Positions 12,026-24,980 of a stretch of DNA of 64,000 bases are shown here, piece after piece. The DNA is from Octopus vulgaris (lineage: Eukaryota). The position numbers and the translations under genes are program-made. Positions within the stretch are counted from its first letter, which is position 1; every line of letters begins with the position of its first letter. Where the stretch lies: assembly GCA_951406725.2 (NCBI GenBank), contig OX597814.1, forward strand, positions 26,412,001-26,476,000, given 5' to 3'. The notes under the pieces are model-generated. The model was not told where the DNA came from, ran no database searches, and saw only the letters and a program-made list of their open reading frames with translations.

Positions 12026-12710
12026 AGTTATTGTTATTAATATCATTATTATTATTATTACAAAATATGTTACATTAAACCAATATCGATTTATATAAGT
12101 TAAGACTAAGAACTAAATTTTGTATTATAACTGAATATTATATTATCAATATCAGTATTTTGTATCTTCATTTTTGATAAAATTAGGAGAAAATGTTTTA
12201 AGATGAAAATACATGGGTGACAAAATTAATAAAATGTAATAAAAGAGAGAAAAATCTGTGTAGAAACAGATAGACAGACTGATAGACAGATGGTAAAAAA
12301 TAAAAGGAAGATTAAAGAGGAAGCAAAGTAATTAAATCTAAGGAACTAATGAAACTATAATAGTTTGCCCACTAAAGATTGCACTGGAGCGTTAAATGAA
12401 CGATAACAAAATGAAAGTCAATGAAGTGGAAAAATAAAATATAATTTATATAAAACAAAAAGAATACACAGTTAATACTGTTCTCTACATTCTTCAGCTT
12501 CAGTCCAGGCCTTACACAGGCACACATGCATACATAAGTGTGTGTACATGCAGATATGTGTGTGTATGTATATATAAGCATGTTTATATATATATGTGTG
12601 TGTGTGTACACACACACACATATATATACATACATACATGAAAGTATGTGTATGTATAAATGTAATCTACATGTATATGTGTGTTTATGTATGTGTTGGG
12701 TATTTGTGTG

Positions 12711-12755
<45 letters not shown>

Positions 12756-12829
12756 ATGTGTGTATGTGTGTGTCTACATATACCTTTATCCCTAGCCAAC
12801 TACTTCCACCCACCTCTATATAATATATG

Positions 12830-13205
12830 GTAGCCATGTACTCCCCCCCCCCCTGCCAGCAAGACACTCATGCTTGTTCCCCTATCTTACATAGCCTTGG
12901 TATAAAACCACCTCGCCCTATCAAATACTCGCCCTTTCTTGGTAGCAGGAGCTCTTTCTTTTATCCCCTGTTCCCTCTTCTGTTTTACAAGATACTTTGT
13001 AATCTCACCAGTATCAACAGCATGAGAAAAGCACCCAGTACACACTGTAAAGGGATTGATTTTAGGAAGGCCATCCAGCCATAGAAACCATGCTGAAGCT
13101 GTATCTGGAGCTCAGCAAAGCGCTGTAGCTTACCAAATTCTATCAAACTATCCAGCCCATGCCAACATGAAAAATGGATGCTAAATGATGAAGATATTGA
13201 TGATG
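12830..13205 (+). mobile_element. SINE family C, long decayed variant
   Basis: aaaagcacccagtacacactgtaaag...aggaaggccatccagccatagaaacc...ccagcccatgccaacatgaaaaatggatgctaaatgatg. Confidence 0.7.
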
Positions 13206-13734
13206 ATACATAGAACAAGGCTAGAATTTTGGCCTGAGGGTTCTCAGTTATTAAATCTAATCTACCATTATCCATCTAATTTGTGAAAGATGCAAAAATT
13301 AAAATAAATGTTAGGTAATAATTATATTTGCATAGAGTTGCATTGGGGGTTCAATCAACCTGTCAAATGCCCACTAGCTAAGAAGCAGGGTGATACACAG
13401 TCACAAATGGCAGAGACAGATGTGAGTGGAGAAACTTTGATGAACTGAAATTATCGAAGCAATTAATAAATGAAAATTTCTTTTACAGATTCTTGCTATC
13501 TAAAAACTACAAGCAAGGGAGATAACTTCAATAAGATCAGTTGTGTTTCTATGTGTTAGACCTCTTCAGTAAAAAGTACTTGACTCTATAGGCAAGACTA
13601 ATAACAATGAATATAACAAAGAAGTAAAAGAAATGTGATACTGATTATGATTAACAACAATATGGCTAGAGGAAGCATTCTAAAAATCGTTGTCACATTT
13701 TCATCATGATTTTAATGACCATGATAGTCATCTT

Positions 13735-13870
13735 TCTGTTTTCGTTTATCCACTGCACTCACAATGCTTTGATCAGTCAATGGCTAGAGTAGAAGACACT
13801 TGACATGGTGCCTAGCTATGGGACTGAACCTGAAATCACATGTGTGGCAACTGACCTCTTGACTAGTCCC
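13735..13870 (-). mobile_element. SINE family A head fragment
   Basis: ctcacaatgctttg...agtagaagacacttg...gggactgaacc is the reverse complement of the family A head/core. Confidence 0.6.
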
Positions 13871-14660
13871 ACATATGTAGTATAGCATATTGAAAAACCT
13901 TTGATAAATTGAAATAAACCAAGTAATTAATGTTACTTAAGATTTAACAACAAGAAAGAAAAGAGATAAATCAAGTTTGATCAGTTGATCAAAAGTTTGA
14001 GACCAACTGATTTTATTTACCTTTGGAGGGCGTTTTTATCTACAAATTGTTTAGATAATTACAACTGATAATATTTTTTCAGCTCACTAATTCACATTTA
14101 TAATTTTTATAATATTGGTATTTAATATATGCAGAACACTCCTTTTAGTTATTGTCCCTCAAATGTGGGTGTGTTTGTTGCTTTTCATCATTATTATTTT
14201 GTCTTACAATATCAGTGTCTTGCAGAAACTGTGAAGATGCAAATTAGTTTAGCACATTTACTTAGTCTGACAATCTATTGATTTGCTACTCTTCCTGATA
14301 ATTTAAATGAATCACAGTGTTAAATTTTAATTATATTCCCACATTTTAATTGAGCCTAGTCAAAAGATTTATCCTGAATTATCACCAATAAATGAAGTTG
14401 CAATGATTGTGCTACTATAAATCTGAATGAAAAAAAAGTAAAAACACCTCAACAGATACTCTTAGAAAAATTACACTACCATCTTAATACTTTTTAACAA
14501 AGCCAAATATCTAGATTGCTTATCTTATAAATACCATTTATTTACTGAAAAAGACATATTTTTCTACACAACAGTGCAATAATCAATGTATAGTAGCAGA
14601 CAACAGTGTTAATAGTTGCAACAAAAGAAATATCTATTTTCTGTTTTACCTATACATCAC

Positions 14661-14711
<51 letters not shown>

Positions 14712-15705
14712 CATACACAAACACACACACATACACACACGTGTGCATGTGCACATGCGTGTGGGGGGGATGTATGTGTGTAAGAGAGAGAATATTTGTA
14801 TGCATTGTGTTTTCTAGAAACACACCTTTTGACTGCTGGACATAACTGTCATGAGAACATTTCTATTTTGAAATGACAGTAGTATCTAAGAAACCCAACT
14901 AAAGCGTTCAGTATAGGCTATTTTCTCCAAGGTCACAATGAAATTCCTATGACAAGGCTGGAATCTTTAGATTACTTATGGAAAACGTTTGTTTTCTTAC
15001 ATAAGTGCAAGTCTAGTTATATATTCATAATGACAGAGAAATGAAATTGTTTGATGCCATTCCGTTCTCAAAGTTGTATGTAACATAACTAAAATATATT
15101 TGAGTAGTTGATTTGTATCATTTAAAGATGTTCAAATTGAATATTGTTCACCTATAAAATGGTGGTGCTAAGAATGCATACAGGCTAATGTATTAAAGGA
15201 GTAAAGAGTTCAGCGAGTTAACTTCTTATGGAATTTAAATGGTATAAAAAACTAAACACCTGAAAGTGACAGAAATATATTATATATGTTTAAATATTAA
15301 TAAATTGCATGAAAATCATTGAAACACAAATCATCGAGCCTGTTGGAGCATTCAAAAATACTGGCGGTGGGATGGGGTGGGGTGGGGGCTAGGAGTTCAT
15401 CCAGAACTCACTATGCTGCATCTGTTGTTTAAAATATTTGTCTCACTTTTTTTTATCTTCTACACCAAGTCATGTGTGTAGCAATTATCATGCGATAATC
15501 CTCCCTTATCCCTACAGCCCCCTTAATTTTTTTCCTTCTTTCTCTCCATAGTGGTTTCAATATTGTTAGAAATCAATATTTTCCCTGTGTACACCATCAT
15601 TGGCAGGGCTCACATTATCCAAAATCCACTGAAGTTTTTAGACATCAAATTTATTTTGAAATAATTTTTTTAATATTTTCAATGCAATAGATCAAATGTA
15701 CTTTA

Positions 15706-15749
<44 letters not shown>

Positions 15750-17207
15750 GCTTAAGCATGTACATACTTATATACATACATATATATACACACATACACT
15801 TAAGTTACATGCTGTCTTCTTTTTATCTTTATTACTTAAGATAGTGAAATAAATATTTCAAAAGTTCATGAAAATATATGCTTGTTCCTGGAATATTGAT
15901 GTTGTATTCAATAAATTAAAATTTTTTGGATCATTAGCATACTGCTATTTAACAATGTCCTTTTGGTAACTAAGCAGCAACTCCATTGTCCATTTAAAGA
16001 CACTGAATAGTAAGAACGTTTTATGTGATAGACATTATTTCTTAATAAAGCAATTGAAAGAGATTTTACCAAAATGACCTACAATCCATTATTGATTATT
16101 TTGCTTTTACTGATAATTATAGTTTTGTTCGACTAGAAATGAATCCCAGCCAAAACAATGGCCAGGAAATGGGCCTTTTCATAGACACAAGTGTGATATA
16201 TAGGCTTACTGCAGTATATCAGGCAGTTTTGCCAATGGGCCCTTCCAAGTGACTAAATGCTGGTTGAAAGCCATATAACTGGTTCTATGCCAAAAACTAA
16301 CCAACTTAAACTGAAAACTAGTCACTTACATGGATAGACATTCAAAAAGCAAGTAAATCACAATGATATATCAAGATAGAAAGATTTCTAGCAAATGTCA
16401 CCATTTCAAATGTTTATTGATCAGTAAGATCATAGAATATTTTCTATTGTTAGCAATTAACTTATAATAAACAGTAAACAGTTTACAAGAATCATTTGTA
16501 GAAACTTTGAATTGGCGCAATTCAAATCACGTATTGATTTTCTTGGCAATCATAGCACACCATCATGCAAACTTTATTTCTCAACTTCAATGCTATCAAT
16601 TTCAACAAAAGCAGAGTGTTTATCTTGTAGAAACCTACTTTGAGCTCTTCAGAAGCCATGAGAGTATACCTGCCAGTGCAATTAAGAGGTTAAAGTAAAT
16701 AATGTTTTAACATAGATTTTACTTTTCCCTTTCTGTGTTTGAAATTGAAGTGCATTAAAGTTGAATTAGCTAATTTTGGATGTCTTTAGAAAGCTAAAAG
16801 ATTATCTCACAAGGGAACCAAATGTTTAAGCTGTTGGAATACTAATGCAAAATTTACTTCTAGTATTATAGGCTACTCTTGGTTTCCAGATTCTGGTCAT
16901 CTACACTGCACACGTGAACACACACACACACACACACACACACTCATGCCACATATACACATACAACATTTTAAAATGTTTTGCAAATGTAAGAATGTAT
17001 TTTCAAGCAAAGCTTATCAAAGTGCTTAATTGGTTTAAATATGTAACATCAAATTACTCAAATTTAGATTCACAATATATTTTAGTGTAAACTGACACAT
17101 GAAAACAATTAAAAGTGCATGCACAGATACACACATATATATCTACATACATATACATACATAAATAAATGAAGAATTGCTTAATAATTCTTAATTTTAT
17201 ATATGCA

Positions 17208-17254
<47 letters not shown>

Positions 17255-17619
17255 AGCCACATGCTCACACACTCATACACAAATATGATTGAATATCAGT
17301 ATTTGAAAGCCCATCACCCTAACATACAAAAGCTCTGACAATTCATTCAAATATATAAATATTCAGAACCAATCAACTCATGCCAAATATCACTATTGGC
17401 TTTAAGCAATAAATCAAAAACATATTCCATGTTCTAGTTTATTCTAGCCTTCTGATGTAGCATAGAACACATATCCTGCTTTGATGAACTTTGAATAGAA
17501 ATATATTTAAAATAAGGTCAGTTATAAACGTCAGTTATAAACATCAGTATTTATGGGTTTGTACCCATATCAGTTATATTTACTATCACCCATACTTTAG
17601 TGGCTGGATTCCTCTCCTA

Positions 17620-18130
17620 TCTCTATGATTAAGACTTCATTTGAAGTATTGAAGATTTCTTTAGGGTTTTTTTTTTATTCAAATAATTGGTGTGGGTATT
17701 AATTGGACTAGGAATTAAATTTCTGAATGGTGCAATTTCAAGGAAGAAGAATTTCAGATGTTTTTTAATGTGTGGGAGCTAAGGATAAAGATATAAGGGT
17801 GCAGTGAGTTGTTTTAGTAGTGGAAGAGAACTCGCAAATTCAGAGAAGTAAAGGCTCTTATAACAAACGAACTGACAAATAAAAGTTTAAACGGCCACCA
17901 AATTAGATCCAATCAAATTGTACAATATCATGTACCATGAGATAAAGCTTATCAGTAAATGAAAATTGAATGTTTGAAGTTGAGGGAAAAAAATTTTAAT
18001 TTCTCATATGAGATGATTAGTTTTGCAGTACATTTTAACCAAACACAAGAAAATTCATTTCTTGAGAAAAAATTAATTACTGACTTAGAAGAAGCTAATT
18101 AATACTAATTGTCCTTCAGTTACACTTCTA
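17620..18130 (-). mobile_element. Highly degraded CR1/Jockey-like ORF2 C-terminal fragment
   Basis: Minus translation includes FSEFASSLP and FFFLEIAPFRNLIPSP (cf. CS.ELAS..P and SFF.RT..LWN.LP). Confidence 0.4.
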
Positions 18131-18699
18131 AATTACAGGAAATTTTTGCCTAGGTTTTTTTAAATTTTTTTCACAAATGTCTAATGTTACAATCATAACA
18201 AGAAAAGCAACCAGTTTTTATGGTATTCTGATTTACTCACACACAAGTAATTGAAATTCACTTTGAAAATATCCAAGCACATGCTCCTCCCACACATTTA
18301 ATATAAAAATATATTCATGTACACACACAGATAAAGACACATACATGTACAATTATAAATATATACATAGATATACATTTACACACAAACATGTATATAC
18401 AAGGATGTGCCCCAAACCAAATACATTCATGAAGATTTGCATGCAATGAGCACATGCATATATCTTTTTTAGCAAGGTTAACAATGGCAAACAGTGTAAG
18501 ATTTTGATACTAAAATTGACGCAACTTTATGCATATTTAATGTAATTAGTAGCCACATCTATCAAACACTTAATGTACTAAATTTTTGTATTCGTCCATT
18601 AATCTTTACTTTTTTTTTTTTTTGCTTTAATGAATTAATTTGTATATTTAAGATAAAAATCAAATTCATGGAAAAACTTTTTGATGCAGTCAATTCTAG

Positions 18700-19620
18700 A
18701 TTTCTGTCCTATTGTCCTCCCTTCAAGGATGATGGAAGCACTTATAGACAACTATCAGATTCACAACTTTGAGCTTGCTCCAGTTTCCTGTGTTCAGTTG
18801 TATGGTTTCTTTTGAGTTCGATCTATCAGATTTAATCCTCTATACTACACAGCAATGAGTTTGATTGTAGAGATTTTTGGCAACTCCCAACATCAACTGA
18901 GCTTTTGGCATCAAAGCCCACAAAGTTGTTCCCTTCTAGATTCTCCATTTATCCCTAATCTCTTCCCAATGTGGTTTCTGACCAAACAGCTTAATTTCTC
19001 TTATCAATACTCTTGCAACTCTAGTGTGTTTATAGATGTTGTTACATTCCTTACACTCATTCAGTTGGATATTAAGGATTTATTTGTTGTGAGTTCAAAC
19101 TATGTATGATCATACATGGATAATTTTACATTTTTTTAGTATTTCACAAAACCTTGAAGCTCTCATAAACAGGTATTGCTTCCATAAACAGAAATCTTGA
19201 AAACAATTCTTAGACAGCATAAAGACAGTTACCTTATGCATCAATGAAAGAGTTTTGTGCTAATTTAGGGTGCAATGGAATATTGTTTAAAAATCTGAAA
19301 TGATGTTGCTTTTGTGCACAGAAACAACTTAGAAAACATCTAGAAAAAGGCAATTCAGCAAACTGACAAAGATCCACTCACCAATATAATACGTCCACTT
19401 TTATGGGTGTCTTATTTGTTCTCCACTTATACCAACTGTTACCACAATCACCTTAGCTCTTCTGAACAAGGAAGTTGCATATCCCATCTCTGAGTTCATG
19501 AAATGTTTGCATTTCTTATTATTCCTAGTGTTTTACCTCACAGACATGGCACTAAATACTTTTACCCAGTCAGTTTTTTCCATACTTCTATCTTTTGAAA
19601 TTCTTCAAATTAATCAACAA
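18700..19620 (+). mobile_element. Highly degraded CR1/Jockey-like LINE, RT to C-terminus
   Basis: Ordered remnants FCPIVL, SRMMEALI, QLYGFF*VRS (cf. QYGFR..RST), MEYCLKI* (MEYC..IW), LENI*KKAI and F*NS. Confidence 0.5.
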
Positions 19621-22600
19621 TTTGAAAATTGAAGGATGTGCAGAAAATTTTAGATATCAGTCAATCACATTTTTCTATTAATATTTTATGGGTGCTGAAA
19701 GAGAACATTTATATACCCATGCTTCTATTTATGAAATAAACTAAAGAATAATTGTATTAATGCAATTATCCATTAAACTAATGGAATATTATAAGGACCG
19801 TTATTCTACATATAATTATTAGCAACATATATATATGTGAAACACCAAAAATATCATAGAAATTACTGTTCCGGGTGGGATAAGATATCAAATCCTATAG
19901 CATATAACAATTTTCAGGATTTCAATTTAGAATAATATAGAAATCATTTCAATAAAAGCAATTTGTCTACTTTCCATGATATTATGTATAAAATATTGTT
20001 TAATTTTACATCTATTTGTGAACAGTTCTTACGTGACATCTGCCAATTATCTTTTGAAAAGTAGTTGAAATATTCTTAGATTTCTGTCATTATATTTGAT
20101 AAAATTTGCATTGAAATATTTCCTCTCAACCATCTGTAAAATATTGAATGCATTGAAAGAAAGGCAAGCTTATATACTTATTGTTTTAAGCACCAATATA
20201 AATATAAATGTATATATACAAGATATATATGCTAGCTTTTGTGTGAACCTGCATATGTATTTGTTTGTACGTGTATATTATCTCACTTTTGATTTTACAA
20301 AATTCTATCTCCTTTAATAAGAGTATATAATTCGTGCATGACAAATCCTCTTAATAGAAATTGTTTTAGGAAATGAAAAATGTTTGGTTCATCAGAAAAG
20401 ATGCAAGACCCAATCAAACTGGCTGCAGAAATGTTTGGGAATAATGATTTTAGAAGCAAATATTCATGCCTTCAAAGATTTATCGCATTTTGTCTTTTAT
20501 TAAATTAGAAAAAAAAATAGAAAAAATATGGCTGGCACATTTTAAATTGAACATTTAAGATGAGAAACAGACAGTGATTACAGAAATGTTTTTTAATGTG
20601 TAAAGTCATAAATAGTAAGAGACAATTTTATGTTCTATGAAGTGAATTTCTGATTTTTAGATGCTTTGTGCAACCTCAGCTGCAGCGACACCATTATTTT
20701 CAAAATTGTTGTCTTCCATATACATTAATTTGTGCTGAGTATAACACAAAGCAATGACATTATTATAAAGCATACTTCGATACAGAGAGAATGCTGAGAA
20801 AGAAAAGAGAGAGTGACAGAAAAAAATATGAGTGATCTATAACTACACATTAATACTGCTTTGTGAAACTTCAATCAATTCCTCTTGTTTTTGTCTCCGT
20901 TTTTCTCTTCATATTTATTTTATCCTTAGCACTCAAGGTGCAAGCAATCTCTACAGTATTGATTCAACAGTTTGGTCACAATAGGCACAACTCTCAGAAC
21001 AATACTGCACCAATCAAATCAGTATTGATCACATTACTATTCATTCCTTTTTATCTGATAAGTGATATATGAAATATCACAGGATTTTTTATACTTTTAT
21101 TATTCTCTTTTGTTTTGCATTATTTTCTTTTTTAGTGATTTTAAAAAAAAAAATTAGGTTCCTAGAATTGAATCCAGAATCACAGAACATTCATAATTAT
21201 ATCAAAGGCTATTTATTTTTTCACCAACAACTTTTATGCCTTCATGGCTTTAAATTTTCATGAATCCTAACATATGACAATTCCTACGTAATACTTGAAA
21301 CATTTGGTTCACTTTTAAGGATTTATACTTACAAATTTTCTATTTTTTATGCTCCTGTTATTTTGTTCTTGTTGTGTCTGTTTTTCCTTCTATTTTTGTT
21401 AACTGTGGTGTTGGTATTGTTATTGGGTGGACTTGTCAATACTATTCTTTCTAATTTGAATCAACTCAAAAGTATAGATTTATCAAATTACAAAACTATA
21501 TATTTGAATGACTTATAACACTCATAGTTTAAAAACAACATAGCTTTTTGCTTCCTTTAATTAAATTTCCCTTCAAAAAGATCAAAGTAAAATGTTTCTA
21601 GAAGAATTTGATGGAATAATAAAAAAAATAATTTTAAAGTTTTCTCAAAAATTTATATACATATGTGGATAAATGATTCCATATAAAATATTTCCTCAAT
21701 ATTTTTGCCTAAAGTAAAGACAGATATTTACTTTGTGCTGCTCTGCTATCCCCACCATAATGTACATGAAATTATTGGACTGTTAAGTTTCTACCTGAGA
21801 ATCTTTAACTTCAAAAGAAGAATTGTGTATGCTGTAGATACCCAGCTGCTACTGTTTCACAAATAAAAGCCTGCCAATGTAAATAGTCAATAGTTAATAG
21901 CCCCTCACTGCTACTATTGGATAGTACAAAAGTTATTTTAAATTTTAAAACCTGAGCAATTTTTTAAAATAAAATCTTATAGAAATTTTCTGAAATGTAG
22001 AATACAACATCCTGCAGATGCCATCCATTTTCATTACTATAGCATGAAACCCTTTCTAGTTGTAATTTTGTGTTGTAATTTCCTGTTGAGTAGCATTCTT
22101 TAGTTTTTGAGTATTTGGGGCTTGTAATAAAATGATAATAGATTATCATTAGAATGTTGTTTAAGTTTTAAAATGGAAAGTGATTTTTTTGTACCACTTT
22201 TGTGACCCTTTTTTACTGGTTTCTTGTAATTGTTTGGAGTAAAGGAAAAGGCTTTTTCTATGGGCCTTCATAGGCCCTCCAAAATCTGTGACAAACATTG
22301 ATCCCACATGAAGATACCAAACTGAAAATGAATAGATATACCTAGCGATAATTAATTAAAGCAGGTACAGATTGCCAGTTTATGTAAAAGAATATTTTGT
22401 ATGGCTGACATATGTTGGGAGTTCAAATATTCCCAAGATCAAAATCTGTGATAAACTGGCATAACTCTATTATAAAGAATTTTTATAAAACATCAGACTA
22501 AAAATCTACTTTCTATAGTGATAAAGTACTGTTACTAATTGCAACAAATGTTTCTTCTCAGCTATTAGTTACTTGTTTATCGTGTTTTAGTTCTTTCTTC

Positions 22601-22814
22601 ACAAGTGAATGAAAACAATGCTTTAGACATCCAGTTATAGTTCTATAATTAGCCAACATCGACTGCAACTATCCCATGTTAATGCAAAATGTTGGACACT
22701 CCTCAGAGGAAGGAAATGCATGTAAAATCCTAAAGTGAAAGACTCTTTAATCAATCAATATTCGGTCAGCTATTTTCTTAATCACAATACATTTGCATAC
22801 CTCATTCTCTTATA

Positions 22815-22960
22815 TTACCACAGAGTTTGGTTCCAAACCATGTGGGTCTGGATTCAATCCCATTGTGTAGCATGGTAGGCAAGTGTCTTCTACTATAGTG
22901 TTAATCTGACAAAAGCTTTTTGAATGGATTTGATAGACAGAAACTGAAAAAAAATTCATC
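22815..22960 (+). mobile_element. SINE family A head fragment
   Basis: ggattcaatcccattgtgtagcatggtaggcaagtgtcttctactatag...ggatttgatagacagaaactgaaa. Confidence 0.7.
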
Positions 22961-23239
22961 ATGTGTGTGTGTGTGTATATAGTATATATAATACATATAT
23001 AATCCATAGATAGTCAGACAGAAAGGTAGGTAAGTAGGTTGAGTGGGTGGGTGCATGCATGCCTGTATATCTGTGTGTTTTTTCTCTTGACTTGGCATCA
23101 TGTGATAGATGTAAAAGAGTGACACTATCATACAAACATATGTTTCCAATCTTCCATGAAACGAAAGCAGTTTTATCATTGTAAATATATCGATAAAAAA
23201 ATTATCATAGTTGTTTTCTCAGCTCAAATTACACCAGTG

Positions 23240-23740
23240 TTAACTTAACTTTGCTTGTCATCCTTCTAGAATCATTAAGATAAGTGTCAGTCAAATACTG
23301 GTATAAATTTAATCAACAATCCTCCAGTCCCAAATGTCAAACCTTGAGCTTTATGGGTTCAAATCCTGCCAAAGTCAACTTTGCCTTTTATCCTTCTATG
23401 ATTGATAAAATATCAGTCAGTTATGTACAGGGTCGATGGTATCAACAACCATCTACCTTAAAAATTGCTGGTGTATAGCCTAGTGACAAGGATGTTGCAC
23501 TCATGATCGTAAGATCATAGTTTCAATTCCTAGACTGGGGAATGCATTGCATTCTTGAGCAAAACACTTCACTTCATGTTGCTCTGCAATCACTTCGACA
23601 CCTGACATGAGGTACACCATGCACCTATTCAGGAAATATCAATTTGATGGCGAGAGTAAGCTAATGTACGGAACATATATTTGATCACTATAAGTATAGG
23701 ATTTCTGTAGGTCATTCAGCAAAAGCTGAACACATACATC
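23240..23740 (+). mobile_element. Two partial SINE B copies followed by a tRNA-headed SINE D (23478-23740)
   Basis: gtcaactttgccttttatcctt...; gcctagtgacaaggatgttgcactcatgatcgtaagatcatagtttcaattcctagactggg (A/B-box-like head). Confidence 0.6.
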
Positions 23741-24103
23741 ATATATATTTTGATACTAGGACTTCTTCATATCCTCTTAGTACTTTTTGTTTTTGTTCTT
23801 TTCTTTTTCCCTGCTTTTACCACTAGCATAGTTTCCTCACTTTGGGTTAGACATCTCAGCAAGTTACGATGCCAAATATGCTTGCAATCCTCCTACTTAT
23901 CAGTCTCTTTCCTCCATTTGCTTTCTTCATATATAGACATCTGCATGTGAGTGATGGGTTCCATGCATGGTTAGAAGCTTTTTTGTCCAACTTTTAGCTC
24001 ATTCCCTGTCCACTTCAGAATTCCATCGCCATATCAAACATTCTCTCTGTGCATAAGTTTATTGCTGAAATTATGTTTCCAGATAGTCTCATCATCATCA
24101 TCG

Positions 24104-24137
<34 letters not shown>

Positions 24138-24140
<3 letters not shown>

Positions 24141-24980
24141 AGTGTTGAGCTGACAGGATTACTAGTACACTGGACAAAATGACGAGTGGCATTTCATCCA
24201 TCTTTACAGACTGAGTTCAAATTCCACCAAGGTCAACTTTGCTTTTTTTTAATCCTTTCGGGGTTAATAATATAAGTACTAGTTGAGCACTGGGGTCAAT
24301 GTAATCAATTTACCCACTGCCCTGAAATTGCTAGAGTTTTGCAAAATTTGAAATCATTGTTATTATTATTATTATTCCAAGGCAGCGAGTTGGCAGAATC
24401 ATCAGCAGGGTGGGCAAAATCCTTAGCAGTATTTTGTCCATCTTTACGTTCTGAGTTCAAATTCCGCAGAGGTCAATAAAATAAGTACGAGTTGAGTACT
24501 GGGCCGATGTAATCAACTTACCCACTCGCCCACATTTCAGGCCTTGTGCTTTTAATAGAAATAATTATTATTATCATCATCATCATCATTATTAATGCAG
24601 TGAGCTGACAGAATCGTTGGCATACCAGGCAAAATGCTTAGCAGCATTTCATCCATCTTTACATTCTGATTTCAAATTCTGCCAAGGTTGACTTTGCCTT
24701 TCATCTTTTCAGGGTCAATAAAATAAGTACCAGTTAAGCACTGGGGTTAATGTAATCAACTCATCCTTTCCCATGAACTTACTGGTCTTGTGCCAAAATT
24801 TGAATAGCAGCATTTCGTCTGTCTTTACATTCTGAGTTCAAATTCTGTTGAGGTTAACTTTGCCTTTCATCCTTTCAGGGTCAATGAAATAAGTAGCAGT
24901 TGAGTACTGGGGTCGATGTAATCAACAGTTTCCCACTCCAAATTTCTGGCCTTGTGCCTATAGTAGAAAAGATTATCATT
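24138..24980 (+). mobile_element. Head-to-tail array of four SINE B copies
   Basis: Units at ~24138, 24378, 24595 and 24806, each with ttctgagttcaaatt...aataagtac...ctggggtc.atgtaatcaac; separated by (TTA)n/(CAT)n. Confidence 0.9.

Noticed and set aside
13430-13475. ttgatga...gaagcaattaata, hammerhead-like
   Set aside because: Both core boxes are mutated and there are no convincing stems
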